Shown: in pieces, positions 48,753-61,079 of the stretch
Numbering within the stretch: the first letter of the stretch is position 1
Layout of the letters: every line of letters begins with the position of its first letter
Source of the DNA: Massalongia carnosa
Taxonomy: Eukaryota
Assembly: GCA_965645245.1 (NCBI GenBank)
Contig: OZ287073.1
Location: 2,108,001 to 2,172,000, forward strand
DNA: 64,000 nt
Reading direction: 5' to 3'
Made by a program: the position numbers and the translations under genes
The notes under the pieces: generated by a model
What the model was told of the DNA's origin: nothing
Databases searched by the model: none
The model's input: only the letters and a program-made list of their open reading frames with translations

Positions 48753-48832
48753 GGTGCGATGGAATGGGGATTCATCGGGGGATTACATTCGTTAAATAAC
48801 GCTAGGGACTAGCGTTAGGAAAGGAGGGATCG

Positions 48833-49217
48833 TGTTACGACCCTAGTAGGATAGGATACTATGGATCGAACAGTTAAACCTTTCTAGGTTTAGACCTAGC
48901 GGGAAGCTCACCCGGCTCACTAGTGAGCAGGGCGAGCTGGGGAGCTCACCAGGCTCACGGGCGAGCAGGGCGAGCGGATGCTCACCGGGCTCGCAGACGA
49001 GCATGGTGAGCAAGGACTATATAGGTAGCGAAGATTCCCTTATGGAAACTTCGTGTTCAACCTTCCCTACCATCTTAACTTCATAGTTACAATCTACTGC
49101 ATTGACGATTGTTCCCATCTATGTGAAGCTATTCCCGTTGTACCTGACGAACACTACAGACCGCTCTATAAGACCAAACACCCCTCGCGCCTGAGGCACC
49201 AAAGAAGACGCGTAGCA
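48833..49217 (+). repeat. Gypsy-B 3' LTR
   Basis: Differs from the 5' LTR by two small indels and about one substitution. Confidence 0.95.
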
Positions 49218-49405
49218 AAACTCTGCCGTTTTCTGGATGTGCCTTCGAAACAGGGTTGTACTCATGGTAGTCTTGCTGTTTCAGAGTTACTAGCTGTAGA
49301 CTGAGGTCATTAGTTGGATAGAAATCCTGGTTCTGTTGATTCATACTATCTTGGCGTTATTTGCTTTTGCCACTATACCGAGGTTAATTGTCATACCCGA
49401 TATGA

Positions 49406-49700
49406 TTTTATTTTATTATTTATTCATTAAGCGTATGCATCCTTAGGATATGGCGCTGTGACTGCTATTTATGTACATAAACAACAGTCAGAAAGTGGAA
49501 ACCTAGCCCCAGGGTAAAACCACTCCCTTCTATTCCATATTGAACGCAACGAGATCGTTCTTCTACCACGCGATGCATAAACCCAGATCTTCAAGCGCTA
49601 GGAATCCTATAGACCCGATGAACTAGACAGTGTATCTCTACACGTTCGATGAACATTTTCTCTCTTTAACCGTTTTGACTCAATAGATGATAGACTGGCC
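49406..49700 (-). mobile_element. 3' end of a LINE/SINE with a LINE-A-like terminal hairpin and A-rich tail; right boundary uncertain
   Basis: Sense AGCGCCATATCCTAAGGATGCATACGCTTAATGAATAAATAA resembles the LINE-A terminus. Confidence 0.6.
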
Positions 49701-49747
49701 ATGATCGAGGGCAGATCGTGGTGTCGTATAAATGAAGATGTGAAAAT

Positions 49748-49990
49748 GTGGCCATTCCAAATGAATGGGCTTTTCCGATGAGGTGAGAGGCTTCCGCCTT
49801 GGGGGTGTTGCCATTCCGACTGAATAGACTTTTTCGATGAGGTGAAATGCTTCCGCCAGGGTTTGGCCATTTCGACTAAATGGGCTTTTTCGATGAGGCT
49901 TTTTCGATGAGGCTTTTTCGATGAGGCTTTTTCGATGAGGTGAAAGGCTTCCGCCTGAGAGGTGTGGCCATTCCGAATGAATGGGCTTTG
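49748..49990. repeat. Nested minisatellite: ~57-bp units with an internal 14-bp GGCTTTTTCGATGA expansion
   Basis: Four GCCATTYC-starting units; the 14-mer occurs four times in tandem. Confidence 0.85.
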
Positions 49991-50157
49991 TATGCCTTGG
50001 AGGTAGTGAATGATCAGTAGAGACGTTGATCATTCAAACGGCCACCGAGGTGGGCTTCAGCGTTGGCGATGATCAGATATTGGCCACCTCCGAGGAGGTG
50101 TTGATAGCCTGCACCACGTAGAGGTTTCTGACCTAGCAGGCCTACCCGATATGACTT

Positions 50158-50664
50158 TGTTGAACAAAAATTCAACTAGGCATACGGCAGCGGGATGCAG
50201 GAGAAGAGGGTCTAGCTATCAAGGATAGGCGAAGAGCAGTGCTTGGCAAACGTGATGCAGGTACTCCGTATTTCCAGTGAAGATACTCCAAATTTAACTA
50301 TCTGCTGAACTGAATTCTGAACGACTGAATAGCTAAGTTACATGAGGAATCACCGTCTCTTTATACTGCTTAAGGGCCTCTATCTCGGCCTATATCAAAT
50401 GCATGAACCTGCTTCCTTTGAACCTTTTCAGCTAGGCAAAATACACCTTGTTGCTAACCGGAGACATCGAGACATTCAGTGATCATGAACAGCTGAATTG
50501 CCTCCGAAATGTAGCATTTTTGCTGCATACCTTTGCCTCCTCGTAGTTGCCGGAGTCGTGCCGATATCTGAAGCTTTTCGCATATAGCATATGATTGCCT
50601 AATCTGGAAATTAGGCAAAAGAACCTCGGTCGCAAATATTCAGGTATCTCGGCAAATTCCAATA
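50158..50664 (-). repeat. Copia 3' LTR, 507 bp
   Basis: Both termini match the 33-bp remnant at 55051-55083. Confidence 0.88.
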
Positions 50665-50818
50665 CTCCCACTCCGAGTATCTGAATGGCTTCATACCCTC
50701 GTATGCCCGAAAACGAATCATAAGAAATCCTCCGCGTTCTGCCCGTCTGAACACGATGCTCAGGTAGGCCATGGGTCCTCGTGGGCCGATGTGATTGCGA
50801 TAACCTATCGCTAACTCT

Positions 50819-53800
50819 CTAGGTGTCCTTCATACCTAGTAGAGCACGTCCGCGTTCAAAAGCCGCCTTGGTCAAAGGCTTTGTCAGAATATTAGCTGCC
50901 ATCTCGTTGGTGGGATCATAGCATTTTCTGATACTCCAGTTGGTCGGTCCTGGGTTCCGTGGGGATGGCGGCAGTCAGTGCTGCATATCCATCAATCGGA
51001 GTTGAAACTGGGTGTGCATTTTCCATCCCATATTTCGAAATGAAATTGTTGATGTATACTGACTGATCTAGTGTTAGATTTCTAGATTTTCGGTTCCTCC
51101 GCACTCGCATTCCCAGGATGTGGTCCACCTCTCCCAAATCCTTCATCTTATACTCCCGTTTTAGCTGTGCCTTGACTGCATGGATGCGGAACATTTTGGC
51201 GGCAAAAATGAGAAGATCATCGACGTATACTGAGATAATGACGTCGGCTTGGAGGTTTATGAACACATAATTGTCGGCTGAGATTGGTTCGAATCCAATG
51301 GATCTCAGATACCTTCTGAACTTTCTGCTCCAGATTCGGCCGGATTGCTTGAGACCATAAAGGCCTTTTAGCAGTAGAAGGGCCTTATTCTTTTCGTTAG
51401 GAACATCCATTCCCTCTGGTATTTCCATGTAGATTTATTCTCCCAACTCACCTTGTAAATAGGTATTTGAAACGTCCATTTGATGTGCTTCCAGGTTCAG
51501 TAACGCAGTAATTGCCATTAACATCCTCAGAGATGATTCGAACCTCAAGGTGGGTGCAAACGTCTCCTCGTAATCAATGCCATATTTCTGACTGAAACCT
51601 CTAGCACAAAGTCTGGCCTTGAACCGCTCAATAACTGCGGCGGATGTGTATTTGATTTTGAACACCCATTTCGAAGTTATTAGCTCACGGTTTTTCGGCC
51701 TCGGCACGATGATAAACGTGCGTTTCCACCGCAGCGCTTCCAGCTCTTCTTCCGTTGCCCCCCTCCATTCACGGCGATTTGATCCAGTCATGGCTTCCTT
51801 ATAGGTAGCCGGTTCAGGCAATCGAGCTATATAAACGATAGCCATCGGTGCTTTTGACTTATCAAATGCCTTGGAGTCATACTGCTTTTTCGTGCGTTTT
51901 GACCGGGAAGATGCTGCTGAAACAAGCTGTTGATTTTTCGGTGGGAGCGTGGCTTTCTGCCCCCTTTTTGAATTCTGTGCTGGCTCTGGCGAATTTCGCC
52001 CAGTAGTCGGCAGACCTTCGAATTCTGGCGCTCGGATTTCAGTTTCCGAGGTCTCCTTTCCTTCCTCTTGATTTCCCGGAGTTTCGCGATTTCCGGGAAT
52101 ATCGCCTTCATTCAGTGAGGGATTCTCTGCACCCTCAATACTTTCTCCGGGAAAATTATCACCTAGAACTATTGCGTCGTCATTTTCTAGGTTTGATGTT
52201 CCCTGAAATTCTAAGGCATTCTCAGGGTTGGTAAGTCTGTGCGTAGGAACTCCTTGTTCCTCATCCGGTTCGTAGTCCGAATCTGCAACATCTAACTCCC
52301 ACTCACCCTGTTCCGCTGGTGCGTTCAGTAAAGGGCCTCCTAGCCAATCCTCGAAAAACTTCACTGAGGTATGTACTCCCACTGTTTTCGTATCAGGATT
52401 ATGCACCTTATACTGTCTGGATGACCGGAATCCAACGAGAATTCCCTGATGGGATACCTTATCCATCTTCGCACGAGTTTCGCTAGGAACGTGCACGTGT
52501 ACGAGGCATCCATAGGTCCTTATATGGCCTACCTCTGGCTTCTTCTGGTGCCACATCTCATATGGGTCTTCATATCAAACCGCTTCGACGGAAGCCGATT
52601 CTTCAGATAATTGGCAGTCAGTACTGCGTCCCCCCAAAATGACCTAGGCAACCCAGACCACATCTGCATCGCTGATACCAACTGCATCAGCGTTCTGTTG
52701 AGTCTTTCTGCAACCCCATTCTGCTCAGGGGTATAGGCCGTGGTAAACTCCACCACTATTCCTTCCGGCAATATCGTTCTAGCCAGTTTTTCATACTCCA
52801 AAGCGTTATCACATCGCGGGGTCCTGATTCGCTCCCCTGTCTCGATCTCGGCACGATTTTTGAACATCCGAAAGAGCTTTTCTAGCTCGCTCCTGGTCCC
52901 GAGGTAAACATCCGAGTAGCCCGTGGCTTCGTCGGTAAAGGACACAAAATACTTGGTCCCTTGGTTATTGGGCACCCGATATGGACCCCAAAAGTCTGAA
53001 TAGACTCGTTCCAGACGGCGGGTAGCCCGTTCTGGTGGGTTTCGGTTGATTATTCGAGTCATTTTCGTCTGAGTACATGTGATGCATTTGCATTCCTTCT
53101 CATGGTCATGTAACTTGGCTCCCACTCCATTAGTGGCTTCATGGAGGGCAGTGAGTCTGTATGCTCCCACGTGCCCCATGCGGCCATGCCATAGTAGGTA
53201 TCGGTCTCTTTCTAATTGGGACCGAGTGCTAATTGCTTTTTTGTTGTCTTTTGCAGTTTCTGGCATTCTTGGCAAATTCTGATTTCCGGAAGATCTTTCG
53301 CTGATATTTGGATCAGAAGTAATAGGGATTTCTTCCTCGGGATCCTCAGTGGCTATCAGGGCCACTCCGCTTCCTACGGATCGGAGCAGGTACGTTTTTC
53401 CCACCAAAAACCTGGTGGCGAGGCAGGTACCTCTCCACAAAATTTCGACGCAACTCAATCCAAACCTCATAATCATTCCTCTAGCTTGTAATGCCGAAAT
53501 TGACAACAAATTCGCATCCAGCTCAGGTACGTATAACACTTCTGTGAGTTTGAACTTCTTATCCTCCAGCTCCACAGCCACATCACCTTTACCAGGTGAT
53601 TTAATCTTTACCCCATTAGCTATCGTCACCCAATTTACCTGCGGTGTAAATTTGTGAATAGCTTCCGATTGGCCGTCATATGGCGACTGGCCCCTGAGTC
53701 AATAATCCACTCATTCGGAGGTATTACTTTGGAAGTGAGTTTTGCCACTCTAGCAAAACTCTTAGGGGAGGAGCACTTCTGGGAAGTGCGATAGCGCGCC

Positions 53801-54905
53801 TCATTGTTGACGTAGTCGGTGTAATCCTCATCGTCGCTCTGGTCCACGTGGTCAATGGCCATGCGACCGTATACTGCCTCGTCGTCGCTATCCTCACTGT
53901 CGCTGTCCCTTGTGCCGGATGCTTTGCGTGCAAGGTGACCTCCTCGGCCCTTGCCACGTTTGCCATCCCTTAACTTTTCCTCTCCCTTACCTCCGTCCTT
54001 GGCTTTCTTGCCCTTTGATTGGGCCGTGCTGGCGGTATCTTCATTGTAGGCCTTGCCTTCGTCACTGGCAAGCCATTCAAAACACTTGGTTTTCACATGA
54101 CCAGGTTTCTTGCAGTGGTAACAATTCCCCTTAAACTTATAGGGCTTGGCGGAGACCTTATTAGCGATTTCATAGGGGTCCCCGCGTTATCTCTGGCCAT
54201 CTGCTCGATTTCCTTATATTTTTCAATCACCTTCCGAAACGTGAGGTTTTCCAAGTCGTTTAATTGCAATTTCACCGCATTATACCGCTCATGATCCACC
54301 GAATCCATTAGGACTAGGGCCATCATGATATCGGATGGCTTCACCTCTGGGTTGATGTTTGCGATGATATCTCTCATATCTTCTAGCTCTACTGCAGTCT
54401 CATCCACTCCTTCCTCTGCCTTGGCCTTATACGTATGAAATCGGCGGAGCATGGGGACCAAGCGTGTTCTGGAGTCTTTGCCGTGAATTTCCTTCTGGGC
54501 ATCCCATACCCCTTTGGCAGACTGCCGCAGTTGCACATGCTTCTGCTGCCTTTCATCCATGGCTCCCACGAGGATGGTGATTGCTGTGGCATCATCAAAG
54601 ATCCACGAGTCTCTATCCAAAGGCATGCTTCCTGGTGGTTCGAGTATCTCTCCACTGACTACTTTCCAGAGCCCTTTGGCAATTAAGTGCACCTTCAAAA
54701 GATGGGACCACAGCCTGTAGTTGTCGCTAGTAAGTTTTGGCAGTTTTACTTCACCTTTCACACCGGCACCCCTTTTATATCCCCCATCAATGGCTGTTAT
54801 AGCCGCTAGGCCCTTGTCCTTTGATGAGGAGGCCTTGCTAGCCTCGGGGGTGGTGGATGCCCTCATGGCACCTCCGGTATCTTGGCTGTCTTCTGAGGCA
54901 GACAT
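50819..54905 (-). pseudogene. gag-pol: Copia gag-pol, fragmented; end of RT and most of RNase H deleted
   Basis: WIIDSGAS, WHGRMGH, YTPEQNGVAE, KARLCARGFSQ, YVDD. Jumps from QLEYQK to MAANILTKPL. Confidence 0.92.
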
Positions 54906-56400
54906 TTTGGTGGTGAAGGAGTCGTCCTATTCGAGTGCCGAAATGGATAGCTAGGAGTTCAAACAAACACACGGGCTATATCCCCTAAGATAAAAGATCT
55001 AGTGAAAAATACTCCTGGATTTGAATAGAGTGCTATCCGGGCTCATAACCTGTTGAACAAAAATATCTCGGCAAATTCCAATAGACTTCACCTTACAATT
55101 GCATGGAACATTCTATGGGAATCTATAATTCCGCTATTATCACACGACAAGGTCCCTGCGACGAACGCGATGGAAGTTTCTCGAAGACTCCATGACAGCC
55201 ATATTCGGTGTATATATTTGGGCAAATAATCCCACCTCTTTCTTTCTTAGATAGTTCAGTTGGTTAAGTTCAATTTAGATATAGAACTTCAAGCGCAGCA
55301 TATCAGCCTTTTCATTGATTCAGTGCAGCTCCCTCAGCCCCTTTTATTTCAACAGGTTCAACTCTGGTGCATTTACTACGCTGTGATAAGAAACTTGACG
55401 ATGTAGAGATGGAGTCACGATTGACTTGACCTGTACAGCACTAAGCCTCGTTGGGCGCCATCCTTTCTAAGGACCTTCGCGGTGCTCCCTATTCCTCAAT
55501 TCATAAATTTACTTAACTAATTGTTGCCACCATTGAGCAGGAAGCAGAGTCTCCTATGACTGCAAGGCCCTTGCGCAATTCCTCTTAGACCAATGGCCCT
55601 GCCTGGAACCAACGACCGAGGGGTTTCCCAGACCTGTGATGATTGATGTCGCCCAAGCTCTGGGAATTGTTCGTCCCGAGTGGCAGCGTTTCTTCAAGAG
55701 CCTAGACTATAATCTCGAAGCCCAGGAGATGCTTCCAACACGATGCCGCGGTGGCGAGTTCCCAGCACTCTCGCAAAATCTCTTATGCAAGACCGGCCTA
55801 GTCTTATCGAGGAAGCGCATTTAATTATATCCAATGGAGACACAAGGCGGGTCACTGACAAACTCTACGACGAAGCTCTTGCCACGCAGCAAAACGAGGA
55901 GTTGCCATAATATCTGCAAAAGTCTATCCAGGCAAAGCTGACAGTGTCATCTGTATCTCGTGAAATCCAGGAGCTTGAGAAAAATATCGACGGTATTATA
56001 GAATCTCAGTCCACAATGCGACAACAGTATGGGCGAGACTTGATGCAGAGCCTTGACGAGCTAAAGATGTTTAAGAGCGCGCCGAAGCAGGATGAAGAAT
56101 CACTTCTGCCCAATAATATCATGCAAAAGCGTCACAACTAATCCTCAAGCAAAGCATTAGGTCGATCAAGCCATTGACGGAGATCTAGGTCGTGACCAAC
56201 ACCCCCGTTAGCCTCCATAACCTCACCAAACCCTCCACCCCCTCCCCTACATACTGTTCGCCTCCTCTCTCTCTAACCCCCCCTTTCCTATTCGTCTGAT
56301 CCGTTCGCCTCATGATCTATATCCTCCTCTCACATCTGAATCTGATCATCTGTTTGATTTTAACAACGGGTTTTCTCCGCTCGGCCTTTGAAAACATTTC

Positions 56401-57249
56401 TAACTAGGACGAGGACGAAGCTTGTCAAGGTACACTTTGTTAGGAGTAGCTCTGACCCATGATCAGATCCCGGAATACTTAATCATCAAATCGAAGAGTT
56501 CCAATTCCCAATGTAATTCCAGCTCGATGTCCTTATCATCTCTAAGTAGATTTAAGAGCATGATGTGTGGAACTGTCCAAGAAACACTGAAGTCAATCAA
56601 TTTATCGTCTCGATAATTTTGTTCCTTAATATCCCGAACGAAAAGCCCCAATTTCCGCATTGACATCAGATCCCTGAGCATGGATTTGATCGCACATTGA
56701 TCAAAGGACATCTCACTTGACACCAAAGCCTTGATAATGGCACGAAATGGCTCTCTCTTAAAAGCAGGCTGCTTGTATTCCTTGAATGGTCTGTTCCATT
56801 CCGAAACATCGAAATTGTGAGATAGATAATCTTCTTGAAGCGCCGAGACGGAAGTAAAACCATGACAACGCACGGCTATCTTGCCATTGAGTTCGTTATT
56901 CTCAATGCAACCATATGCACGACATTCTGCATAGAACGGATCCATATGTGCAATGATCATATCCTATGGCACATTTATACCTTCGAGCCCGTGCATATGC
57001 TCCTCCACGTCGTAGAACTTGAACTATGTTAAGAAATTAGTTGATGATTTAACTTCAATATTATCAGCAGCTGAGACTTACAAGCTTCAAAGCATATCGA
57101 TTTGATTTAATGACTATCTCGAAAACATAACTGTGCTTAGCACTTTCTTCGTCACTTAACAATCTGATAAATTCAATGTTACTTGAACGATGTTTGAAAG
57201 AATGTAGCTGTGGGTCATGAATTAACGGCAAAGATTCGTTCAAGTCCAC
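56401..57249 (-). pseudogene. FTA2-like (kinase-like fold) fungal protein, one intron (57024-57081), in-frame stops
   Basis: YVFEIVIKSNRYALKL|FKF, DPFYAECRAYG, LFVRDIKEQNY, LIDFSVSWTVPH; GTAAGT...ACTAAT...TAG intron. Family name from recall. Confidence 0.75.
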
Positions 57250-57437
57250 GACTGCTTTTGCAAACGATGTGGATTCTGCGCATGCGTAGTAGTTAGCTAA
57301 ACAGAGTCTTAACCCAAAACAGGTAAACTACTCACCAAACTAGCTTAGCTTTAGACTAATAATATACTAATCTGAATAGGTTTAGCTGTGGCGAGGGCAA
57401 GGCTACCAAGACTTCGGCGGTTGTCTTTCTACTCGAC

Positions 57438-59348
57438 ATGGCTCGTGGTCAAGCGAAATCGAGTACCAAAAACAGTCGGCAGCAAGCCCAAGGTGAGACA
57501 TGCTTCACATACCTCGCCTGCTTGCCTGACTATTAATAGGAAAGCGGCCTCAAGGCATCGAAAAACGGCCACAACCTCTTTGCAGGAGCGCATGTTTGGA
57601 CCAAATACAACAGCATACCGGCTCCAAAAGCCAAACCACAAAACCAAAGCCCACACTCCCATCTCCATCAGCAAGCAATACTCCCAGCAAAGAGGCAGGT
57701 CCGTCATCTTTAATGCTTTGTGAAGCTAACTCAAGTGAAGGTCCCACAAAGCTCGCCTGTCCCTCCCAAAGTTGTCAATTCTCCAGAGTGGACACAAAAG
57801 TCCAGTCCAAATCCCCGACCTGAAAAGATCAAACAGCCCCGCTCTCAAAACAGGCACGAATCGACCCGAAAACCTGATCGAAAACGAAAGCGATCGCACA
57901 ACACCGAAGACGTTCAAAACGAGCCTATTGAAAAACGGGCACGAATCTCGTCACCAAACTGTGCTGCTGAAAGTAAAGAGGAAATCAACGACAATGACAG
58001 CGAAAAAGATCTTCCAATCGAGCATTGGATAAAGACAGGATGCTGGCCTGAGAAACTTTTTCAACCGGATCCCAATATGAGCCAACAACTGACCAAAAAA
58101 AGGTCATCTTCTGCAATGAGCTACAGCCAAGGCGTCAGAGAAGGCATCTACCCAACCGCCCATACTTCAACATACGAAAAAGAGATTCTCGAGCCGGCGG
58201 GAATCATTTTAGACCAACAAATAGGTGAGGCAGCAATTGGACATGACGCCCGAGAACTATGCCAGACCCTACTGAAAGCCACTTACGAAATTCCTAAAAA
58301 CTCGCTTTTCGAGGGCAATCTTTTCTGGAAGGTCATCAACGGTGTACGCAATGAGGGTGAAGGAAGAGTCGTACGAGACCTTCAACCAGATGTCGTTCCA
58401 TCAGCTGAAATTCTCTCTTTCCGTGGTTTATCAAAAGTCAACTATCTAAAAGAGACGGTTAAGATACCCTGGAATAACGTCGTCTCTCTTGCGGGTCCCA
58501 TACCATGTCCAGATTTTACAGTGGGTCTCCTCCCATCTGCATTCACTAAATCGGAGATCGACAAGCTTCACAGTCGCCATAATACATCCGATACACCGTC
58601 GAGGTTTACCGGAAACTTGTTTTTCCCACTTTTCACTTGCGAGGCGAAATGCGGCGCCAACGGGCTCAATGAATCCGATCGCCAGAATGCTCGAAGTGCC
58701 GCTACGGCAATTAATGCGATTCTTCAGCTCTATCAACAGGGAGAGAAGACCCGCCGGGAATCTGGAGCCGCATCTGGAATAGATCAACTGCATCAGGAAA
58801 TCCTTTTCTTCTCCATTTCCCATGATCACACTTTTGTCAAGATCTTTGGCCATTACCCTTTGATCAAGGAGGACAGGACATATTTCCATCGCCATCTCAT
58901 CGAAAGTTTCGATCTCACCGCACGCGACGGTGGAAATAGATGGACGGCTTATAACTTCGTCCGCAAGCTGTACGACCATTTCGCGCCAATTCATTTGAAA
59001 AGAATCCGAGATGCTATCCCCTATTTGCCTGAGCAAAATTCCGAATCATTCATATCCACCAACACTGCTGAAGGGGAATCAGAATTTGCCGATTCGCAGG
59101 AAATGGCGACAAGTGCTCCTGCGTCACAGAATAACGAGAGCTTCAAAAGGCCTACACTGCCGCCAAAGAAGAAGCGACAGAACAAGGATACTGAGCTTGC
59201 CATGCTACAACAGGAGCTCACCCAGGAGAAGAGAGAGAGAGAGAGAGAGAGAGTGGAGAGCAAGGAACGACATGCGGAGCTCATGGATTTGCTGAAGGAG
59301 CAGAAGGAGCAAAACATCAAGCTCATAGACATGTTGAGTAAAGGTTGA
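57438..59348 (+). CDS. Fungal protein with a PD-(D/E)XK-like nuclease-fold domain (DUF7924-like) and C-terminal coiled coil; predicted introns 57493-57539 and ~57696-57739
   Basis: 542-codon open frame with PDFTVG...FTCEAKCG...DRQNA...FFSISHD. Upstream exons are in frame, with GTGAGA/CTGAC/TAG and GCTAAC signals. Confidence 0.75.
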
Positions 59349-59782
59349 CCTAGGCTTTCTCTCGTTGGAATCCTTGCGATACATTTGGCAACTTGCTCAT
59401 TTTAACTTGCGTGAGAGCTATTACCGCCGACAGTTTTCTCCTTAAATATCCTAATGAAGTATGGATTGCTCATAGCCTTGCTGCTCTATCAGGGATGACA
59501 TATCTTGTTTCATTCAAACGCTGAGCACTCCCCATCCCCCTGAAGGACGTTGCCCCCAATCTAATCCTAGCTCATCTAAATTGTTCTCCTATCTGAGCTA
59601 AGCGCCAAGTATCCCTATCTAGATTATTAGGATAGGGGACATGATCACTTACCCTAGCCAAGTGCTGAGCGCTCTCCCATCCAGATCATTCCCCTGAGGG
59701 ATCTCATCCCCTATTTGAACCAAGCACAGAGCATTCCCCATCCAGATTATTAGAATAGGGTAATTAACCACTCACCCTATTT

Positions 59783-60175
59783 TTGACGGATTTGATCACC
59801 TATTCGCCACACCTATTTCGTGGGGATGAGACTCTTTATCTCTTTCGACAAGCCCGTCAACGAGACTTGTATAAACGGCGACGTCAATTCACCTTTGACG
59901 AGATCAAACAGTGCCGGAAGACTCGGCCGAGAAAATTCATCTCTCAGACCGCTTACGAGACTTGCTTGGAGGATCACTACCGAATCTTCTTTGCTCACAT
60001 TTGTGGTCTGCCGTCAGGGCGCGATCGTCTAGCGTTATCTATGTTCCAATCCGTGGCGCTCCGCAATTGCAGGATGGTCTATCGCCCAAGTCTAAGCCCG
60101 AAGGAAGGCCGTAGTGTAAATAAAAATGTCGGTAGCTCTTTCAATCCTCAGCCTAGTCTCATGCAGTTATCATAA
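59783..60175 (+). pseudogene. Possible remnant of the C-terminal part of a DUF3435-type (FluG-annotated) tyrosine recombinase
   Basis: RDRLALSMFQSVALR and VYRPSLSPKEG resemble that family from recall. No catalytic region seen. Confidence 0.4.
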
Positions 60176-60309
60176 AAGCTTATTCAGGCTTAGAGCAGAC
60201 GCTATCAACTAGCTGTTCGACGAGAAGGCTACAGCCCTAACCGCGCCCAAGGAATATTATAGATATCAGAAATTGTTAATGTTGCCGTTCCTAGCGCCTG
60301 TAATTCCGA

Positions 60310-61057
60310 ACTCACCGATGGGCTTTGTCTAATGTTGCATCATTGGGACGACGTATATCTTCAGTTCGAGCGAGAGCTAGATGCATGGGAAAGGTTTCAA
60401 CACTGGCAGCGGAAGCGTTGTGAAAGCCGGCAGGGGAACAGCATGTAGGACACAACACGGGAGCAATCAGAGCTAAGATGCCCAGGAAGTTCATCAAGGC
60501 TTAGTGATTGGAAAGCTTTCCAGGCCTATCAGCGTTGGTGAGTCAGCATGGCTAAGGATCGAGTAGACACGTGGGAGTGCGAGTTGACATGGGGACAGCA
60601 AGATTTGGAGAAAACGCTGGAGGTCTTTCAACAAGAGAAGATCAACAGGGCAAAACTGTCAGTTGATCACTGTCAGAGAGAACTAGAACTGGGACTGTCA
60701 CGAGGAAAACTGAAGGAAATGAATGGCGGAATGGCCTACCTTCAGTTTAAGACATATAACGAAGAGATACGATTTCTACTGAAACGATTATGTAAGGCTC
60801 GGAAGGAACTTGAAATAGATAATGATAATACATATCTCGAGTTCAAGAGGTACAAAGAGATCTGTGAGTCTGATGTCAAGAGTGCGCAAGACAATCGCGA
60901 ACGAGTGCGAAAGCAGCTTCATGCCGAAGAATTCCAGTTAGAATGGATAAATCAACAGCTTCTGATAATTCATCTGGAGTTTACCGCCTATTCTCAGAGC
61001 GAGAAATCGTTGTTACTTGGTCATTCAACAAAGGTTGAAAGGGTGCAGCCAGATTGA
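60310..61057 (+). pseudogene. Decayed fungal coiled-coil protein
   Basis: FERELDAWERFQHWQ and QLEWINQQL segments in broken frames. Confidence 0.45.
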
Positions 61058-61079
61058 AAGGTCGTCAAGAGCGCAAGAT

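Larger units (their letters stand above)
42959..49217 (+). mobile_element. Gypsy-B chromovirus LTR retrotransposon, full length
   Basis: ~390-bp near-identical LTRs, AAACT TSD, PPT AGGAAAGGAGGGA. Confidence 0.96.
50158..55083 (-). mobile_element. Ty1/Copia LTR retrotransposon, internally deleted
   Basis: GACTT TSD (50153-57, 55084-88), PBS GGTTATGAGCCC, PPT GGAGTGGGAG, order gag-PR-IN-RT. Confidence 0.93.
50099..55354 (+). mobile_element. Probable older LTR (50099-50157 plus 55089-55354) split by the Copia insertion
   Basis: TGTTGA...TCAACA termini and internal TATATA, but no matching TSD. Confidence 0.5.

Noticed and set aside
49770..49945. CGATGAGGTGAAA hammerhead-like motif in the minisatellite
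   Set aside because: Lacks CUGA and stem II.
55500..56141. Fragmented plus-strand ORFs
   Set aside because: No recognisable motif; possible gene relic but unsupported.
59230..59252. (GA)n microsatellite as a separate element
   Set aside because: It is in-frame ERERER coding sequence in the coiled coil.
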